From: Octopus sinensis
Taxonomy: Eukaryota
NCBI RefSeq assembly: GCF_006345805.1
Contig: NC_043011.1
Span: 23,324,464 to 23,388,463 of the forward strand
DNA length: 64,000 nucleotides
Direction of reading: 5' to 3'
The notes beneath the pieces are model-generated. The model had not been told where the DNA came from and searched no databases. It saw nothing but the letters and a program-made list of their open reading frames with translations. The first letter of the stretch is position 1, and the number at the start of each line of letters is the position of its first letter. The position numbers and the translations under genes are program-made. Of this stretch, positions 12,625-23,789 are shown in pieces.

Positions 12625-12870
12625 AATGCGCCCTTTTAAAGCCTAGCCAGGCTCATGGGCCCGGTTTCCCGGTTTCTATGGCGTATGTGTTCCCCAGCTG
12701 GACGGGCCGCCAGTCCATCGCAGCGTTACTCATTTTTGCCAGCTGAGTGGATTGGAGCAACGTGAAATGAAGTGTTTTGCTCAAGAACACAACGCGTCGC
12801 CCGGTTCAGGAATCGAAACCACAATCTTACGATCATGATACTGACACCCTAACCACTAAGCCACGCGCCT
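12625..12870 (-). mobile_element. tRNA-derived SINE, family C-type head
   Basis: Reverse complement reads ggcgcgtggcttagtggttagggtg...ggtttcgattcctgaacc...ttcttgagcaaaacacttcatttcacgttgctcca. Confidence 0.85.
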
Positions 12871-13026
12871 ACACTATTGTTGTTGATGCCGTTGTTATTT
12901 ACAGTGGAAACACTGTTGCCATTTAAATTGTTGAGGCTACTTGTTTTCGTTTTTTCCTCTCATAATTTCTGTTGTTGCAATGGTAGCGGTGGTGGTGGTG
13001 GTGGTGGTGGGGTGGTGGTGGTGGAA

Positions 13027-13258
13027 GGCGGCGAGCTGGCAGAAACCTTAGCGCACCGGGCGAAATGCTTAGCGGTATTTCGTCTGCCGTTACGTTCTGA
13101 GTTCAAATTCCGCCGAGGTCGACTTTGCCTTTCATCCTTTAGGGGTCGATTAAATAAGTACAGTTACGCACTGGGGTCGATATGATCGACTTAATCCGTT
13201 TGTCTGTCCTTGTTTGTCCCCTCTGTGTTTAGCCCCTTGTGGGTAGTAAAGAAATAGG
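13027..13258 (+). mobile_element. Young full-length SINE family A
   Basis: ggcggcgagctggcagaa (A box) ... gagttcaaattcc (B box) ... gccccttgtgggtagtaaagaaatag, inserted in a (GGT)n run. Confidence 0.92.
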
Positions 13259-13473
13259 TGGTGGTGGTGGTGGTTGTAACGGAGTATTAATGACCGTACT
13301 CGTCGTCTTATTGTTGACGCAGTTAGTTAATGTCTTTGGTATTGTCTCACTTAGTGCGTAAAATTCAGCTTCATAACTGGAATTAAATTCCTGTGCTGTG
13401 TTGTGCTGTTGCTGCTGTTTGTTGTCATAGTGGTAATGTGGTCCATTGTACTTTGAACTTGGTGAGAGCTCAC

Positions 13474-13584
13474 CTTCCCTTCCATTTGAGGCAAGAAGGC
13501 GGAGGACTCAGAGGTGTCTTGCAACTCGCTATCAAAGCTACCTCTTACTTCTTCCATGTCTTTTAGCAAGGCTGGCGTCGCCAT
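13474..13584 (-). CDS. Candidate first coding exon of an unidentified host gene (exon 13474-13608; MATPALLKDMEEVRGSFDSELQDTSESSAFLPQMEGK, phase 0)
   Basis: Non-repetitive sequence of balanced composition. Acceptor ttattttgttttAG at 13609-13610, in-frame stop upstream, strong context aaacATGG, donor AAG|GTGAGC at 13474/13473. Confidence 0.55.
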
Positions 13585-13614
13585 GTTTGTTTATAAAATC
13601 ATTTTTTTCTAAAA

Positions 13615-13915
13615 CAAAATAATAAACCAGATATTGGTGTGAAAGGCCAAAACAATGAAGCCTGTTTATTGATTGACATGAGCATATTTTGTGATGATAT
13701 CTCAGCAAAAGAATTTGATAAGCTCAGAAAACATAATGATTTGCTGATTGAAATCGAAAAGATGGCGGTGCCCCAGCATGGCTACAGCTCATGAGCTGAA
13801 ACTAGAATCAATCAATCAATCTCAAGACGGCCTACAAATGTATACAGTGAGTTTCTTTGCCCTAGGTGTCAGGAAGACACTCGGCACGTAATGGAAACAA
13901 AATTGAAAGAAGAGA
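13615..13915 (+). mobile_element. R4/Dong-like LINE remnant: restriction-like endonuclease and probable 3' UTR ending in (AAT)n
   Basis: Manual translation NKPDIGVKGQNNEACLLIDMSIFCDDISAKEFDKLRKHNDLLIEIEKM fits the PD..(D/E) RLE motif with KE..KL.KY.DL. Confidence 0.65.
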
Positions 13916-13941
13916 ATAATAATAATAACAATAATAATAAT

Positions 13942-14476
13942 GTACCAGGCAGTGGCTCTCATGGCTTCTGATCTTAACTGATTGGAAGTGTTATCATGTA
14001 CATTGTTTTGTCTTGGTATAAAAGATGGGCTACAGCAAATATTCTGCTCAATACCACAGATTTGCTTGTCAGTGTTTGACCTTAACCAGTTGAGCATGTC
14101 CTTAGTGGCTGACGATATGTGCATCTCTGATCACGAGCAGAGTAGTGGGGGAGCATCATAGCTATGTGTTGAGAAGGATTCTTTGGGGTTTGAATAATTC
14201 ACCTCTAGAAACATGGGTGTTTCGTTCAACGTCCTTAAACAACCCTTATTCAGGGACCTTTTGAGCGGGATGGGTTACTCGATCTGAAGAAAATTCTAAC
14301 TGGGCCCCACCTGCAAGGTCATGTGCTGTTTATCTTGATATGAGATCACCATGTCGCGCCATATGGTTGTGATGCATGTGCCTGGTGTACCCTTATCAGA
14401 CGGGTAGTCATGATGGGTATATACTGGGCTTCGTATATTTTACCGTGTCACTTTGATGGCATGCTCTGCTCGCTCA
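13942..14476. mobile_element. Unclassified non-coding interspersed repeat bounded by (AAT)n on both sides
   Basis: A ~535-bp block of higher GC sitting exactly between two AAT arrays, with no recognisable ORF. Confidence 0.5.
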
Positions 14477-14478
14477 TC

Positions 14479-14527
<49 letters not shown>

Positions 14528-14546
14528 TAATAACATAAATAATAAC

Positions 14547-14578
<32 letters not shown>

Positions 14579-14625
14579 AATGATAATAATAATAATAATA
14601 AAAATAATAATAATAATATATATTG

Positions 14626-14668
<43 letters not shown>

Positions 14669-14671
14669 TAA

Positions 14672-14702
<31 letters not shown>

Positions 14703-14706
14703 ATTG

Positions 14707-14764
<58 letters not shown>

Positions 14765-14798
14765 TAATAATAATGATAATAATAATAATAATAATAAT
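14477..14798. repeat. (AAT)n microsatellite, ~320 bp
   Basis: Direct reading. Confidence 0.97.
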
Positions 14799-14957
14799 TT
14801 CTTGTGTATTTGCTACAAGGAGTCTTTCATACATACATTAAACTCACATTTTACATGGGAGTTACAAAACGTATAGGAGAAAACAAACCAAAGTTATATA
14901 AAAAAGCGTGAGAAAGGATGAAATCATTATGTCATATATATATACACACACACACAC

Positions 14958-14995
<38 letters not shown>

Positions 14996-14997
14996 AA

Positions 14998-15330
14998 GGC
15001 GCATGGCTGAGTGGTTAGAGCGTCAAGCTTACGATCGTGAGGTTGTGAGCTCGAATCCCGGACCGAGCTGCGTGTTGTGTTCTTGAGCAAGGCACTTTAT
15101 TTCACGTTGTTCCAGTTCACTCAGCTGTAGAAATGAGTTGCGACGTCACTGGTGCCAAGTTGTATCGGCCTTTGCCTCTCCTTTGGATAACACTGGTCGC
15201 GTGGAGAGGGGAGGCCGGTATGCATGGGCGACTGCTGGTCTTCCATAAACAACCTCGCCCGGACTTGTGTCTAGGAGGGTAACTTTCTAGGTGCAATCCC
15301 ATGGTCTGTGTCGTGACCGAAGGAGGTCTC
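14998..15330 (+). mobile_element. Full-length tRNA-derived SINE family C
   Basis: tggctgagtggttagagcg (A box) and gagctcgaatccc (B box). A close inverted copy lies at 19637-19966. Confidence 0.92.
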
Positions 15331-15442
15331 CGATATATATATATATATATTATATAGAGAGAGAGAGAGATTAAAAAGTGGTAATATAATATAAACATGC
15401 ACACATACATGTACGTATATATATATGTATATACCTGCATGC

Positions 15443-15631
15443 GTGTATGTATGTATGTATGTATGTATGTATGTATGTATGTATGTATGTATGTATGTAT
15501 GTATGTATGTATGTATGTATGTATGTATGTATGTATGTATGTATGTATGTATGTATGTATGTATGTATGTATGTATGTATGTATGTATGTATGTATGTAT
15601 GTATGTATGTATGTATGTATGTATGTATGTA
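15443..15631. repeat. Perfect (TATG)n microsatellite
   Basis: Direct reading. Confidence 0.97.
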
Positions 15632-15794
15632 TAATTGAAATAATGAAGGAAAACGACCTTCTGATAATTATTTTCCGCTTTAACGCTCAAACGTTTGCAA
15701 ATTTGTAAACATCTGATTATTGAAGTGGAAAATAATTATCACATAATCATTCTTCTTCATTTTTTCAATTATATACTACTCAACCAAGGAGTTG

Positions 15795-15852
<58 letters not shown>

Positions 15853-16109
15853 CACGCACACACACGCACACACGCGCGCGCGCGCACATGGCAACCCACT
15901 CGCAGTTGAGAAGCAATCGGGTTGGAACACCTCAAACTTAATTACGTTCTACTTTCATGCACTCTGCATCCAGGGGCTGGAAACGGTTGTGCCCAAAAGA
16001 GCCCGTGATTATCTCGTGTGTCTGAGTGAGTGTGAAAGGGCCTGTGTATTGCTGGTGACTAAGGTACAGCACATTTGCTGTTACTATCGAAGGCAATATA
16101 AATAGTTGA

Positions 16110-16340
16110 TATTTCTTTATTACCCTTAAGGGGCTAAACACAGAGGGGACAAACAGGGACAGACAAAGAGATTAAGTCGATTACATAGACCCCAGTGCGT
16201 AACTGGTACTTAATTTATCGACTCCGAAAGGATGAAAGGCAATGTCGACCTCGGCGGAATTTGAACTCGGAACGTAACGACAGACGAAATACGGCTACGC
16301 ATTTCGCCTGGAGTGCTAAGGTTTCTGCCAGCTCGCCGCC
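16110..16340 (-). mobile_element. Full-length SINE family A
   Basis: Reverse complement homolog of 13027-13258. Confidence 0.92.
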
Positions 16341-16540
16341 AATAACAGAAATATTAATATAGGTGGTTGCAGGCCTGAAAAATAGCATTATATAACTAAA
16401 GAATTAAAATTATATTCATCATAAGGACACATTAAAATGTCTATCCGCCAGAAATAAAAGTCAAAACCCTTATTTGGTGGTCCAAATAAGGGTTTTAACT
16501 CTTTTTCTCTAGCAGTTAGACACTTTAATGTGTCCTTATG

Positions 16541-16587
<47 letters not shown>

Positions 16588-16626
16588 CACACACACTCAA
16601 GTGTTACGGAATGGAGTATGGGAAAT

Positions 16627-16715
16627 CCGGGCTACGTATGTTTCATAGCGAGTGGAACCTCAGAGGTGGTAAAATCCAAGTGAGGTGTGTACCACCAGCT
16701 ACTCTTCGGGCCAAG
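16627..16715 (-). ncRNA. Type I hammerhead motif with extended stem II and core CCGAAGA
   Basis: cttggc-CCGAAGA-g-tagc...gcta-t-GAAA-catacg-TA-gcc. The inverted partial copy at 16808-16893 retains the palindrome ACATATGT and gccaag, which pairs perfectly with cttggc. Confidence 0.6.
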
Positions 16716-17308
16716 GATATCTTAATTAGATTAAAGCCTACATTGAAGCAAGGAGGTACATGTGGACGCAAAGATTCAATCAGAATGTCATTCAGATAGA
16801 ATATTTTACATCTCACTAGGATTTTACCACTTCTGAGGTTCCAGTCGCTATGAAACATATGTAGCCAAGATTTCCCGTACTCCATTCCGTAACTCTTGTA
16901 TTCTTTTTCGCACACTCAGTAACCTTGGTTGCCTACCGAAGAATATATTAAAAAAAAATCTTTTCAGGTCATCGTTCTTCGATATAAGTAGAAAAATCTC
17001 CTTCTTTGCGTATTCAACTTATTTGTTTTCGTATTTCATGATGTTTACTGTTTGTGACGTCATGTACCCATATATGCATATATATATATATATATATAGA
17101 TATATATATATATATATATATGTGTGTGGTGTGTGTGTGTGTGGTGTGTAGGTATATATATGCATCTATATATATATATATATATACATGTATATTTATA
17201 TGTATGTATATATCAATTTATATATATATACATAAATGTATATTATGTATATATATCCATATATATATATATACATATACACACACATATATATATAATA
17301 ATAATATA

Positions 17309-17344
<36 letters not shown>

Positions 17345-17345
<1 letters not shown>

Positions 17346-18125
17346 CATATGCATATATGGGTACATGATGTCACCAACAGTAAACAACATGAAATACGAA
17401 AACAAACATCGTGAGAAACAAATGGAAAACAGGACAAGTAACATAAAGAACGACCCTTTATCAGTTGTTGGCTGTCTATCAACTCCTCATTTTGGGTATT
17501 GAATGACAATATGAGTCTTCGAAGACAGTTGCTCCCATAAGTACCAAAATAAAATTCGGGATTTATGGAGGGTCAAAGCTAGGAACAAAAACAGGACAGT
17601 GGAAGCATACAAGTATACCGAACGAAAACAAACATGGGATATTTTTAGACCAGAGGGTAAAATATTTTCTTTGACAAGAGAAAAGATACAAGGGAGAGAC
17701 AGGATAGTCTAGTCTTTAGGACAGCCCTGAAGAAAAAGAAAAGTGGACGATGGCCACGTATGAGTAAAGAGAGAGAGTAAAAGAGAAAGAGGGGAGAGAA
17801 AGACAGATAGAAAATGGTGAATGGGTGAAAAAGGGAATTAAAGAAAGGACGAGAGAGAAAACGATAGGGGGAGAAAACAGAAAGATAGAAGAGAGACAGA
17901 ATAGGTCCAGTCTTTAGAACAGCCCTGAAAGAAGTGAAAGTTGATTACGTAAGGAAAAGAAACATGGACGATGGTCACGTGTGAGCAACGAGAGAGAGTA
18001 AAAGATGAAAGAGGGGGAGAGAAAAAGACAGACAGAAAGCTGTGAAGGGGAGAAAAGGGAATTAGAGAAAGGATGAGAGAGAAAACGATAGGGGGAGTAA
18101 ACAGTATAGAGTAGAGTCGCATCAA
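17345..18125 (-). mobile_element. PLE-like non-coding terminal region with internal tandem duplication, terminus fused to (TA)n
   Basis: Terminal motif catgtacccatat is shared with 17059, 18966, 30834 and 43648. The purine-rich block is duplicated at 17690-17890 / 17890-18095. Confidence 0.5.
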
Positions 18126-18185
18126 AAAGATTAAGATAAATTTACTTGGAAATGGATGCGTGGCGTTCAATCAAATAATAATAAT

Positions 18186-18192
18186 ATAAATA

Positions 18193-18257
<65 letters not shown>

Positions 18258-18334
18258 TATATATACATATATACATATATATACATATATAATTATATAT
18301 ATATATATAATATATGCATATATATATATATATA

Positions 18335-18380
<46 letters not shown>

Positions 18381-18464
18381 TATATATATATATATATATA
18401 TCTATATGCATAATATATATATATATATATGCATATATATATATATTATATATATTATATATAG

Positions 18465-18529
<65 letters not shown>

Positions 18530-18531
18530 TG

Positions 18532-18586
<55 letters not shown>

Positions 18587-18657
18587 TTATATATATATAT
18601 ATATGCATATATATATATATATGCATATATTATATATATATTATAGCTATATATATA

Positions 18658-18695
<38 letters not shown>

Positions 18696-18708
18696 ATATA
18701 TATAAATA

Positions 18709-18748
<40 letters not shown>

Positions 18749-18774
18749 GCATATATATATATATATATATGCAT

Positions 18775-18811
<37 letters not shown>

Positions 18812-18824
18812 GCATATATATATA

Positions 18825-18860
<36 letters not shown>

Positions 18861-18898
18861 TATATATATATAATATATATTCATATATATATATTATA

Positions 18899-18950
<52 letters not shown>
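18186..18950. repeat. Long (TA)n tract with periodic GC interruptions (TATGCATA)
   Basis: Direct reading. Confidence 0.97.
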
Positions 18951-18952
<2 letters not shown>

Positions 18953-19184
18953 GTATGTATGTTCATATGGGTACAGGACATAGCTTTCCAATAGAGGAAA
19001 CGCTAACTATCACTAATCAAAGCACCTCATAGATCCAGTATTACCACCACTACCCAGGATAAATGCCCTCTACAAGCGGTGTTAATGCTCGCCGGCCTAC
19101 GGACGTATGCTGGGAATAGTCACATTTACTCGAATCATTCTCACTACAAACCTTTCAGCAAATATATTATTATTACTATTGCTA

Positions 19185-20673
19185 AGGTAACGAGCTGGCA
19201 GAATCATTAGTGCACCGGGCGAAATGCTTAACGGTATTTCGTTCATCTTTTCGTTCTGAGTTCAAATTCCGCCGAGGTCAACTTTGCCTTTCGCCCTTTC
19301 GGGGTCGATAAAATAACTTCCAGTCGAGTTCAGGGGTCGATGTAATCGACTTTACCCGCTTCTCTGAAATTGCCGGTCTTGTGCAAAAATTTGAAATGGC
19401 AAACTGCCAGAATCACTGGCGCATTGGACAAAATACATTGCGGCATTTTTTCCGACTCATATTCTGAGTTCAAATTCCACCGAGGTCGACTTTGCTTTTC
19501 GTTTTTGCAGGGTCTCCCCTCAAAACTGTTGACTTTGAGCCTAGATTAGAAACTATGAGGGTGGGCCTGAGTTGGCAGAATCGTTAGAGCTATGCGTTAT
19601 TTCTTCTAGATCTTTACATTCTGACTTCAGATTGCTGAGACTCCCTTCGGTCATGACTGACCGTGGGATTGCACCTAGAAAGTTACCTTCCCAGGCACAA
19701 GTCCGGGCGAGGTTGTTTATGGAAGACCAGCAGTCGTCCATGCATACCGGCCTCCTCTCTCCACACCACCAGTGTTATCCAAGGGAAAGGCAACAGCAAA
19801 TACAGCTTGGCACCTGTGACGTCGTAACTCATGTCTACAGCTGAGTGAAATGGAGCAACGTGAAATAAAGTGTCTTGCTCAAGAACACAACACGCAGCCC
19901 AGTCCGGGATTCGAACTCACAACCTCATGATCGTAAGCTCGACGCTCTAACCACTCAGTCATGCGCTAGATACCACTGACTTCAGGTACCACTGACCTCC
20001 AGTCAAGTACTTCCCTACTGTCAAGTACGCAGGGTCGATGGAATTGACTAAGTCTTTCAACAATTATTCTGGACATGCGTCTAAACCAGAAACTTTTATT
20101 ATTGTTGTTGATAGGCATGGGACAAAATGCTTAGCGACATTTCGTCTGTCTTTGCGTTCAGGGTTCAAATCTTACCGAGGTCAAATTTACATTTCGACTA
20201 AACCCCTCCCGCCAAATTTCAGGTCTACAAAGGATTATTGTTTTTAGTAGGTAAGTAGATTGGAAGAATCGTTAAAGCGTTGAACAAACTATCTTGCAAC
20301 ATTCATTCCAGCACTCTGCACTTCGATACAGCCGATGTCAATTTTACCTTTCATCCTTATGGGTTCTACAGAATAAAGCACTTGTCAAGTACTGGGGTCA
20401 ACAGTATCGATCAACGGCATCCTCTTAAAATTGCTGGTCTTGTGCCTATATTAGAAGCAATTAAGGCGGCGAGCTGTCAGAATCGTTAGAACGCCAGGCA
20501 AAATGCTTTGCGTATTTCGCCCGTCTTGATGTTCTGAGTTCAAATTCTGCCGAGGCCGACTTTGCCTTTCATCCTTTCAGGGTCAATAAAATAAGTACCA
20601 GTTGAACATTGGCGTCGATATTATCGACTTACCGCTCCCTTAAAATTGTTGGCCTTGTGCCAAAATTTGAAAT
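19185..20673 (+). mobile_element. Head-to-tail array of degraded SINE family A copies
   Basis: At least five repeats of the gagctggcagaatcgttag...ttctgagttcaaattc...ctttcatcc module. Confidence 0.85.
19637..19966 (-). mobile_element. SINE family C nested inside a family A copy
   Basis: Reverse complement homolog of 14998-15330, interrupting an A copy just after its B box. Confidence 0.9.
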
Positions 20674-20699
20674 CTGTATTAGAAGCAATTAATATTATT

Positions 20700-22064
20700 C
20701 TCTTTTACTTGCTTCAGTCATTTGACTGCGGCCATGCTGGAGCACCGCCTTTGGTCGAGCAAATCGACCCCGGGACTTATTCTTTGTAAGCCCAGCACTT
20801 ATTCTATCGGTCTCTTTTGCCGAACCGCTAAGTGACGGGGACGTAAACACACCAGCATCGGTTGTCAAGCAATGCTAGGGGGACAAACACAGACACCCAC
20901 ACACATACACACACACATACATATATATATATATACATATATACGACAGGTTTCTTTCAGTTTCCGTCTACCAAATCCACTCACAAGGCATTGGTCGACC
21001 CGGGGCTATAGCAGAAGACACTTGGCCAAGGTGCCACGCAGTGGGACTGAACCTGGAACAATGTGGTTGGTTAGCAAACTACTTACCACACAGCCACTCC
21101 TGCGCCTATTGTTGCTGTTGTTGTAGTAGCTTTGTTGCACAGTCATATATACTACATATGTCTCGTGTGATGATTTCAAAAACTTCCTCGGATTTCATGC
21201 TAAGCTTTCGCCTTTTACTCGTTTCAGTCACTGGACAGCAAACATGTTGGGGCATCTCCTCGAAGGACTTATATTCCATCAAATCAATCCCAATACATAA
21301 TTTTTTAAAAAAATCTGGTACTTACTCAATCGTTCTCTTTTCACCAAACCGCTAAGTTACGGGGACGTAAACAAACCAACACCGGTTGTTAAGCGGTAGT
21401 GGGGGACAAACACAGCACAATCACAGGACATGCGCGCGCGCACACACACATATTCGATGAACTTCCATACAGTTTCCGTCTGCCAAATTTACCCACTCAC
21501 ACACTGGTTGACCCGGGGCCATAGTAAAAAACACTTGCTTAAGGTGCCGCACAGCAGAACTGAACCCTAAAACTCGTGGTTGGGAAGTAAGTGTCTTAGG
21601 CTTTTATCACAAGCATTTTTCTTCTGTTTGAGAGGAAAAAATATTTTATTTCCCACAAAGAAATTTCTACTGTCATCAGGCTTTCAAACACGGTGACTAA
21701 GAATGTACTTTTACTCTTTTACTCTTTTACTTGTTTCAGTCATTTGACAGTGGCCATGCTGGAGCACCGCCTTTAGTCGAGAGAATCGACCCCATCACTT
21801 ACTCTTTGTAAGCCTAGTACTTATTCTATCGGTCTCTTTTGCTGAACCGCTAAGTGACGGGGACGTAAACACACCAGCATCGGTTGTCAAGCGATGTTGG
21901 GGGGACAAACACAGACACACAGACATATACATACACACACACACACAGACACACAGACATATATATATACGACGGACTTTTTCAGTTTCCGTCTACCAAA
22001 TCCATTCACAAGGCTTTGGTCGGCCCGAGACTATAGTAGAAGGCACTTGGCCAAGGTGCCACGC
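20700..22064 (-). mobile_element. Three tandem SINE family B copies (20700-21108, 21210-21598, 21710-22064)
   Basis: Each reads tttacttgtttcagtcatttgactgcggccatgctggagcaccgcc...ccgctaagtgacggggacgtaaac...cagtttccgtctaccaaat. Confidence 0.9.
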
Positions 22065-22382
22065 AAGAAAGAAGAAAAACGGAAACCCTGTAAACAAAAT
22101 AACACCGATGCATATAATTTTAAAAAGTGCAAGAGAAGAAATGCATGACAGAGAATTAGCCAAAATTTCAACGAAGAAAAAAAGCAAAATTTTTATTTTT
22201 TTACTTTTGTTGTCAAAAGCAAGGAATTGTGAATATGACTCGGTTGCTGTTCCTGTAACTCCTCCAGTTGAAGCTCCGGAAATAGTGGAAGATATCGTCT
22301 CGTCCTCAGCAGTAACGTAGTTAGTAGGGAATGCAACGGGGGTACTTTGCTTCGAGTGACGCTTTTATGAGGGTGGCATTTT

Positions 22383-22821
22383 GGATCTTTTCGGTTTGAA
22401 CGGCAGTTTTTTCTAGCGGTGTCATATGAAATTGTCACCCATAATTATGAACCTAGTATCGATCAATTGCATTTCAATCTGTTTTAGGGTTAGGGTTAGT
22501 TAGGGTTTGGGTAAGGGGTAGGGGGAAGGGTATATTTTTTTCTTCACAAATGTAAATAAACCCAATCTGTTTCTTAAACGAGGGACATATTCATACGGCA
22601 CAGAATGTTTTTTTTTTTACCTCAATAGACGTCATTGATTGATTGAAATTGCAGAAATTGAAGAAAAAAAAACAACAAATATCTTACAAACTATAGAATT
22701 TCTCAATAAAGCCAAGAGAAAAAGATGTTTTATAAACACATTCTACCAGTATACGAAATTTAAACGTGTTTAGTTACGTGGAAATTATTTTAAAAAACTG
22801 CCGTTCAAACCGAAAAGATCC
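22383..22821. mobile_element. MITE with ~29-bp perfect TIRs and 8-bp TSD (Merlin-like), containing TTAGGG repeats
   Basis: ggatcttttcggtttgaacggcagttttt ... aaaaactgccgttcaaaccgaaaagatcc. Flanks are ggcatttt (22375-22382) and ggcacttt (22822-22829). Confidence 0.85.
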
Positions 22822-22889
22822 GGCACTTTTGTGTCAGCCGTGCATTGCCTGATGGGGGTAGTGTTAGCGATGAGAGCAAGCTCATGATC

Positions 22890-22923
<34 letters not shown>

Positions 22924-23295
22924 ACACACACACACCACGCTCACAAACACACGCACACACGCACACACGCACACACACTCATACACGCATTCAAATACTT
23001 ATGGTACCGTAAGGTGCGTCCAGTTTCAATACGAATGATGGGTGGGCGTAAAGAGTAGTGTGCCACCAAGCGAATTCTCAATCGCGTGTGTCAATTTGTG
23101 TTTTTATTGTTTAAATTATATCTTCCCTCAGTAATCGTATGGTTTAGATAATTTTATATTTATTCACTCTTTTAATTTCTATCGAATTCTCAAGATGTTC
23201 ATTGTGCAAACGTCCCTACCCCCACCGCCGTCATACCCTCGGTTTCGATATAACTTTGTCTTTATGCATGAGCTCCTGTGACTAATGATGAACAA

Positions 23296-23783
23296 TTCTT
23301 CTTCTTCTTCCTCCTTCTTCTTCTTCTTCTTCTTCCTCCTTCTTCTTCTTCTTTTTCTTCTTCTTCTTCTTCTTCCTCCTTCTTTTTCTTCTTCTTCCTC
23401 CACCTTCTTCATCATCATCTTCTTCTTCTTCTTCTTCCTCTTCCTCCTCCTCCTCCTCCACCTTCTTCATCATCATCTTCTTCTTCCTCTTCCTCCTCCT
23501 CCTCCTCCACCTTCTTCATCATCATCATCTTCTTCTTCCTCTTCCTCCTCCTCCTCCTCCACCTTCTTCATCATCATCATCTTCTTCTTCCTCTTCCTCC
23601 TCCTCCTCCTCCTCCACCTTCTTCATCATCATCATCTTCTTCTTCTTCTTCCTCCTCCTCCTCTTCTTCTTCTTCATCTTCTTCTTCTTCTTCTTCATCT
23701 TCTTCTTCATCTTCATCATCTTCTTCTTCTTCTTCTTCTTCTCTTCTTCTTCTTCGTCGTCGTCGTCGTCGTCGTCGTCATCA
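23296..23783. repeat. Compound (CTT)/(CCT)/(CAT)/(CGT) trinucleotide array with a ~60-bp higher-order unit
   Basis: The unit ctccaccttcttcatcatcatcttcttcttcctcttcctcctcctc recurs about five times. Confidence 0.95.
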
Positions 23784-23789
23784 TGCGGA

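Noticed and set aside
14998-15070. tRNA-like heads as genuine tRNA genes (also 12800-12870, 19895-19966, 58580-58650)
   Set aside because: They lack a proper acceptor stem and continue into multi-copy SINE bodies.
21655-21685. Minus-strand CTGATGA-cagta-GAAA hammerhead-like core
   Set aside because: No stem II can form and stem I is not supported, so it is probably chance.
22484-22530. TTAGGG repeats as a telomere or fusion site
   Set aside because: There are only a few degenerate units and they lie inside a TIR/TSD-bounded MITE.
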